Shown piece by piece: positions 61,299 to 64,000 of a stretch of 64,000 bases of DNA (positions are counted from its first letter, which is position 1; each line of letters opens with the position of its first letter). The position numbers and the translations under genes are program-made. The stretch comes from an uncultured Planctomycetota bacterium (GTDB lineage: Bacteria > Planctomycetota > Planctomycetia > Isosphaerales > Isosphaeraceae): NCBI GenBank assembly GCA_963737655.1, contig CAVTTN010000002.1, positions 1,568,001-1,632,000 on the forward strand, given 5' to 3'. Below the pieces are notes generated by a model that was given only the letters and a program-made list of their open reading frames with translations, was not told the origin of the DNA and did no database searches.

Positions 61299-61675
61299 CA
61301 CCGACGGCGGACCCGGCTTCCCCCCGCCGGCAAGCCGCCCGTTTCCCCCGACCGGGCCCGTGAGGCGAGGGGTATTTCCCGGCCTCACACGGTCCGTCGA
61401 TCGGGATTCTCCCAACGGCCTGTTGGTCCTCATCCCTTCGCCGTGGCTTCGTGGGATTGGAGACGACGCCACATCCGACCGAAGCCGACTCCCGGGGTCG
61501 AATCGCCCTTGAATCCGCACCGGCTTGACGATTCCTGGAGACTTCGAAGAACGGCCCGGAGCGGCCCCGCGCCTCGAGCCCTCTCCGGCGCGATCGCCCG
61601 CGTGCTATCATCGGATCGATCGCCCGGCGGTTCGTCCGTCGGGCCCCGGCGTACAGGTGGGGAGGACCAAGAGAC

Positions 61676-62479
61676 GTGGATGCTGTCACCGAGGGGCATT
61701 ACTACCGCAAGCAACTGGGTTGCAAGAGCGGAATCATCGCGTGGAGCCATAGCTCCCGGTTCCGGATCGGCCTGAAGCTGATCGGCAAAGCGCCGAGGAA
61801 TCTGCTGGATTACGGCAGCGGGGACGGGACGTTCCTGGTCATGGCGTCGGACCGGATCGGCGAAGGCTGGGGCGCGGATATCTCGCCCGTTCAGGTCGAG
61901 GACTGTCAGAAGCGGCTGGTTTCGATCCCCAACCTCCACTTCTCCACCATCGACGTGCTGCGGGACGGGACGCACGACGGCAAGTACGACATCGTGACGT
62001 GCATGGAGACCCTGGAGCACTGCACGGCGGCGTCCGTCGAGATCGTCCTTCGGGACCTCGCCCGGTTCGTGTCTCCCGGGGGCCGGGTGATCATCAGCGT
62101 GCCGATCGAGATCGGCCCGACGTTCCTGCTCAAGGCGGTCGTCCGCAAGGCCGCGGCCCGGCGGGGGTTGAGCGACTACAGCCATTACGAGCACTACAAA
62201 TTCCGCGACGCCCTCCGCATGATGACCGCGGGGCGAGCGGAAGTGCTGGAGCGTCCGGTTTACGGCAAGCCGGAGATGAACTTCCACTCCCACTACGGCT
62301 TCAACTGGAAGGCGTTGCGGGAGCGGGTGAAGCAGTCGTTCGCCATCGAGCGCGTGCACTTCTCGCCCCTCGGCTTCCTGGGCGGCTGGGTCAGCAGCCA
62401 GGTGTGGTTCGTCTGCAAGCCGAGGGTCGAATCGGGCGCTCCGGCCTTGCAGGAATCCTCGAGCGTCAAGACGGAATGA
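61676..62479 (+). CDS. Class I SAM-dependent methyltransferase
   Basis: GTG after GGGGAGGA; LLDYGSGDG, GADIS, YDIVTCMETLEH, VSPGGRVIISVP. Confidence 0.9.
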   Translation: MDAVTEGHYYRKQLGCKSGIIAWSHSSRFRIGLKLIGKAPRNLLDYGSGDGTFLVMASDRIGEGWGADISPVQVEDCQKRLVSIPNLHFSTIDVLRDGTHDGKYDIVTCMETLEHCTAASVEIVLRDLARFVSPGGRVIISVPIEIGPTFLLKAVVRKAAARRGLSDYSHYEHYKFRDALRMMTAGRAEVLERPVYGKPEMNFHSHYGFNWKALRERVKQSFAIERVHFSPLGFLGGWVSSQVWFVCKPRVESGAPALQESSSVKTE

Positions 62480-62576
62480 TCGGGAATCCGGTCGAGGGGG
62501 CGCCGCTCGTGCCCAGAGGGGGCGGGCGACGGCCTTGATGGGGCCTCGCCCCTTCCCGGAGGGAGTCTGACATCTC

Positions 62577-64000
62577 ATGATGCGCCCCCGCCTGCTCGCG
62601 GCCCTCGCCCTGGTGATCCTCGGGGGCACGCCGCCCCTCTCGACGACCCGGGCCCAGGCCCCCGCGCCGGCCCCAGGTCCCGACGGCCCGCCGGTCGCCC
62701 CGGCGACCGTCCCCGGCCGGTTCCTCCCCGTGGTCGAGCCGATCACCGACGCCACCGTCGCCGACCTCCGCGACGCCGTCCTGCCGTTCCTCGCCTCGGT
62801 GGCCGAGGAGACCGGCGGCAAGGTCAAGCCGGTCCTGGTCTTCGAGTTCCGGCCCGGCGACGAGGCCCCGGGGCGGAGCGACTTCAGCTCCTCCTACCGC
62901 CTCGCCCGGTTCCTGGCCGAGGAGCTCGGCCACACCGAGAAAACCCTGGTCAAGACCGTCGCCTTCGTCCCCAAATCGCTCTCGGGCTATGCCGTCCTGG
63001 CGGCCCTGGCCTGCGACGAGATCGTGATGGGACCGGAGGCCACCCTCGGCCGGATCGACACCTCGGAGGAGCCGGCGAACAACGTGATCCGCGCCGCCGT
63101 GGCCGAGCTGGCCGAGGCCAAGAACCGCGGGACGTATCTCCCCCTGCTCCTGGGGATGCTCGAAAAGGACCGGGACGTCTTCCAGGTCACCACCGGCGAT
63201 TCGGTCCGGTACGTCCTGGACCGGGACCTCAACGCCTTCGAGAAGGAGCACCCCGGCGGCCACGCCGAGCCGGTCTGGGAGGCGGGCAATCGCGGGGTGG
63301 TCCCGGCCGAGAAGCTCCGGCGGATGTTCGTCAACCTCCTGGCCCCCGACCGTGCCAAGGTCCTCGAGGAATACCACCTGGGCTCCACGTCCGACCTCGC
63401 CGCGGATGAGCCGATCGCCGTCTCCCTCGAAGTCCACGGGCCGATCCGCTCGGACACCGTCTCGTACCTCCGCCAGAGGATCAGCGAGGAGGTCAACCGG
63501 GGCGCCAACCTGATCTTCCTGGACATCAGCAGCGGGGGCGGCGACCTCTTCGCCGTCGAGCAGGTCCTGGACGAGCTGGCCAAGCCCCGCAAGGGCGTGA
63601 GGATCGTCGGGTTCGTCGAGGACGAGGCCCTCGGCCTGGCCGCTCTGGTGCCCCTGGCCTGCGACGAGATCGTGATGAAGAAGGGGGCGAGGATCGGCGA
63701 GGTCACCGGCCGAGGCGGCGCCGAGGGGATCGACCCGGCCGTCTTCGCCGACAAGGCCCGCAAGTTCGCCTCGGTCAAGGGCCACCCCCCGGCCGTGGCC
63801 GTGGCGATGATCGACCCCTCGGTCGCCCTGGTCGAGGCCAAGAACAACGAGAACGGCGCCGTCGTCCGCCTCCTCTCCTCGGAGGTCGATCCCAAGATCC
63901 ACAGCAACGTCCGGACGATCAAGGAGGCCGGCGACCCGCCGATCGTCCTGACCTCGGACAACGCCCAGGCCCTGGGCATGGCCGTCCGCACGGTCGAGAA
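62577..64000 (+). CDS. NfeD-like protein with two ClpP/crotonase-like domains (runs off window)
   Basis: Absent from the ORF track. MMRPRLLAALALVILGG signal after GGAGGGAG; KTVAFVP..GYAVLAALACDEIVM and IFLDISSGGG..VGFVEDEALGLAALVPLACDEIVM. Confidence 0.85.
   Translation, partial: MMRPRLLAALALVILGGTPPLSTTRAQAPAPAPGPDGPPVAPATVPGRFLPVVEPITDATVADLRDAVLPFLASVAEETGGKVKPVLVFEFRPGDEAPGRSDFSSSYRLARFLAEELGHTEKTLVKTVAFVPKSLSGYAVLAALACDEIVMGPEATLGRIDTSEEPANNVIRAAVAELAEAKNRGTYLPLLLGMLEKDRDVFQVTTGDSVRYVLDRDLNAFEKEHPGGHAEPVWEAGNRGVVPAEKLRRMFVNLLAPDRAKVLEEYHLGSTSDLAADEPIAVSLEVHGPIRSDTVSYLRQRISEEVNRGANLIFLDISSGGGDLFAVEQVLDELAKPRKGVRIVGFVEDEALGLAALVPLACDEIVMKKGARIGEVTGRGGAEGIDPAVFADKARKFASVKGHPPAVAVAMIDPSVALVEAKNNENGAVVRLLSSEVDPKIHSNVRTIKEAGDPPIVLTSDNAQALGMAVRTVE

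Overview
GC-rich bacterial chromosome segment, almost certainly from a planctomycete (Isosphaeraceae-like). The basis is Planctomycete-type N-terminal secretion motifs, an ECF sigma/Ser-Thr kinase module, a DUF1501 gene and a TIGR03009-like gene. From left to right: (1) the 5' end of a giant repeat-rich secreted protein, then ~1.85 kb of AT-richer non-coding DNA; (2) an orphan VirD4/TraG-like ATPase divergent from a cassette of a tiny secreted peptide, an ECF sigma, a TPR kinase and a degenerate kinase; (3) a GT4 glycosyltransferase and a two-gene unit whose products resemble the sigma-2 and sigma-4 halves of an ECF sigma factor; (4) a ~28 kb co-directional minus-strand block (giant membrane protein, 2+2 ABC transporter, MoxR, DUF58, BatA/vWA, vWA, DUF4175-like, two exported proteins, prenyltransferase-repeat protein, TlpA-domain protein); (5) DUF1501, a flippase-GT4-YfhO glycosylation cluster, an AhpD-like pseudogene, stress and redox genes, amrB, a TIGR03009-like gene, a methyltransferase and an NfeD-like gene. 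Three REP/REPIN-like palindrome families occur without a RAYT transposase. Several genes carry single-base frameshifts in short homopolymers, probably assembly errors. I found no tRNA, rRNA or CRISPR array. All family calls come from motif recognition by eye, not database searches.
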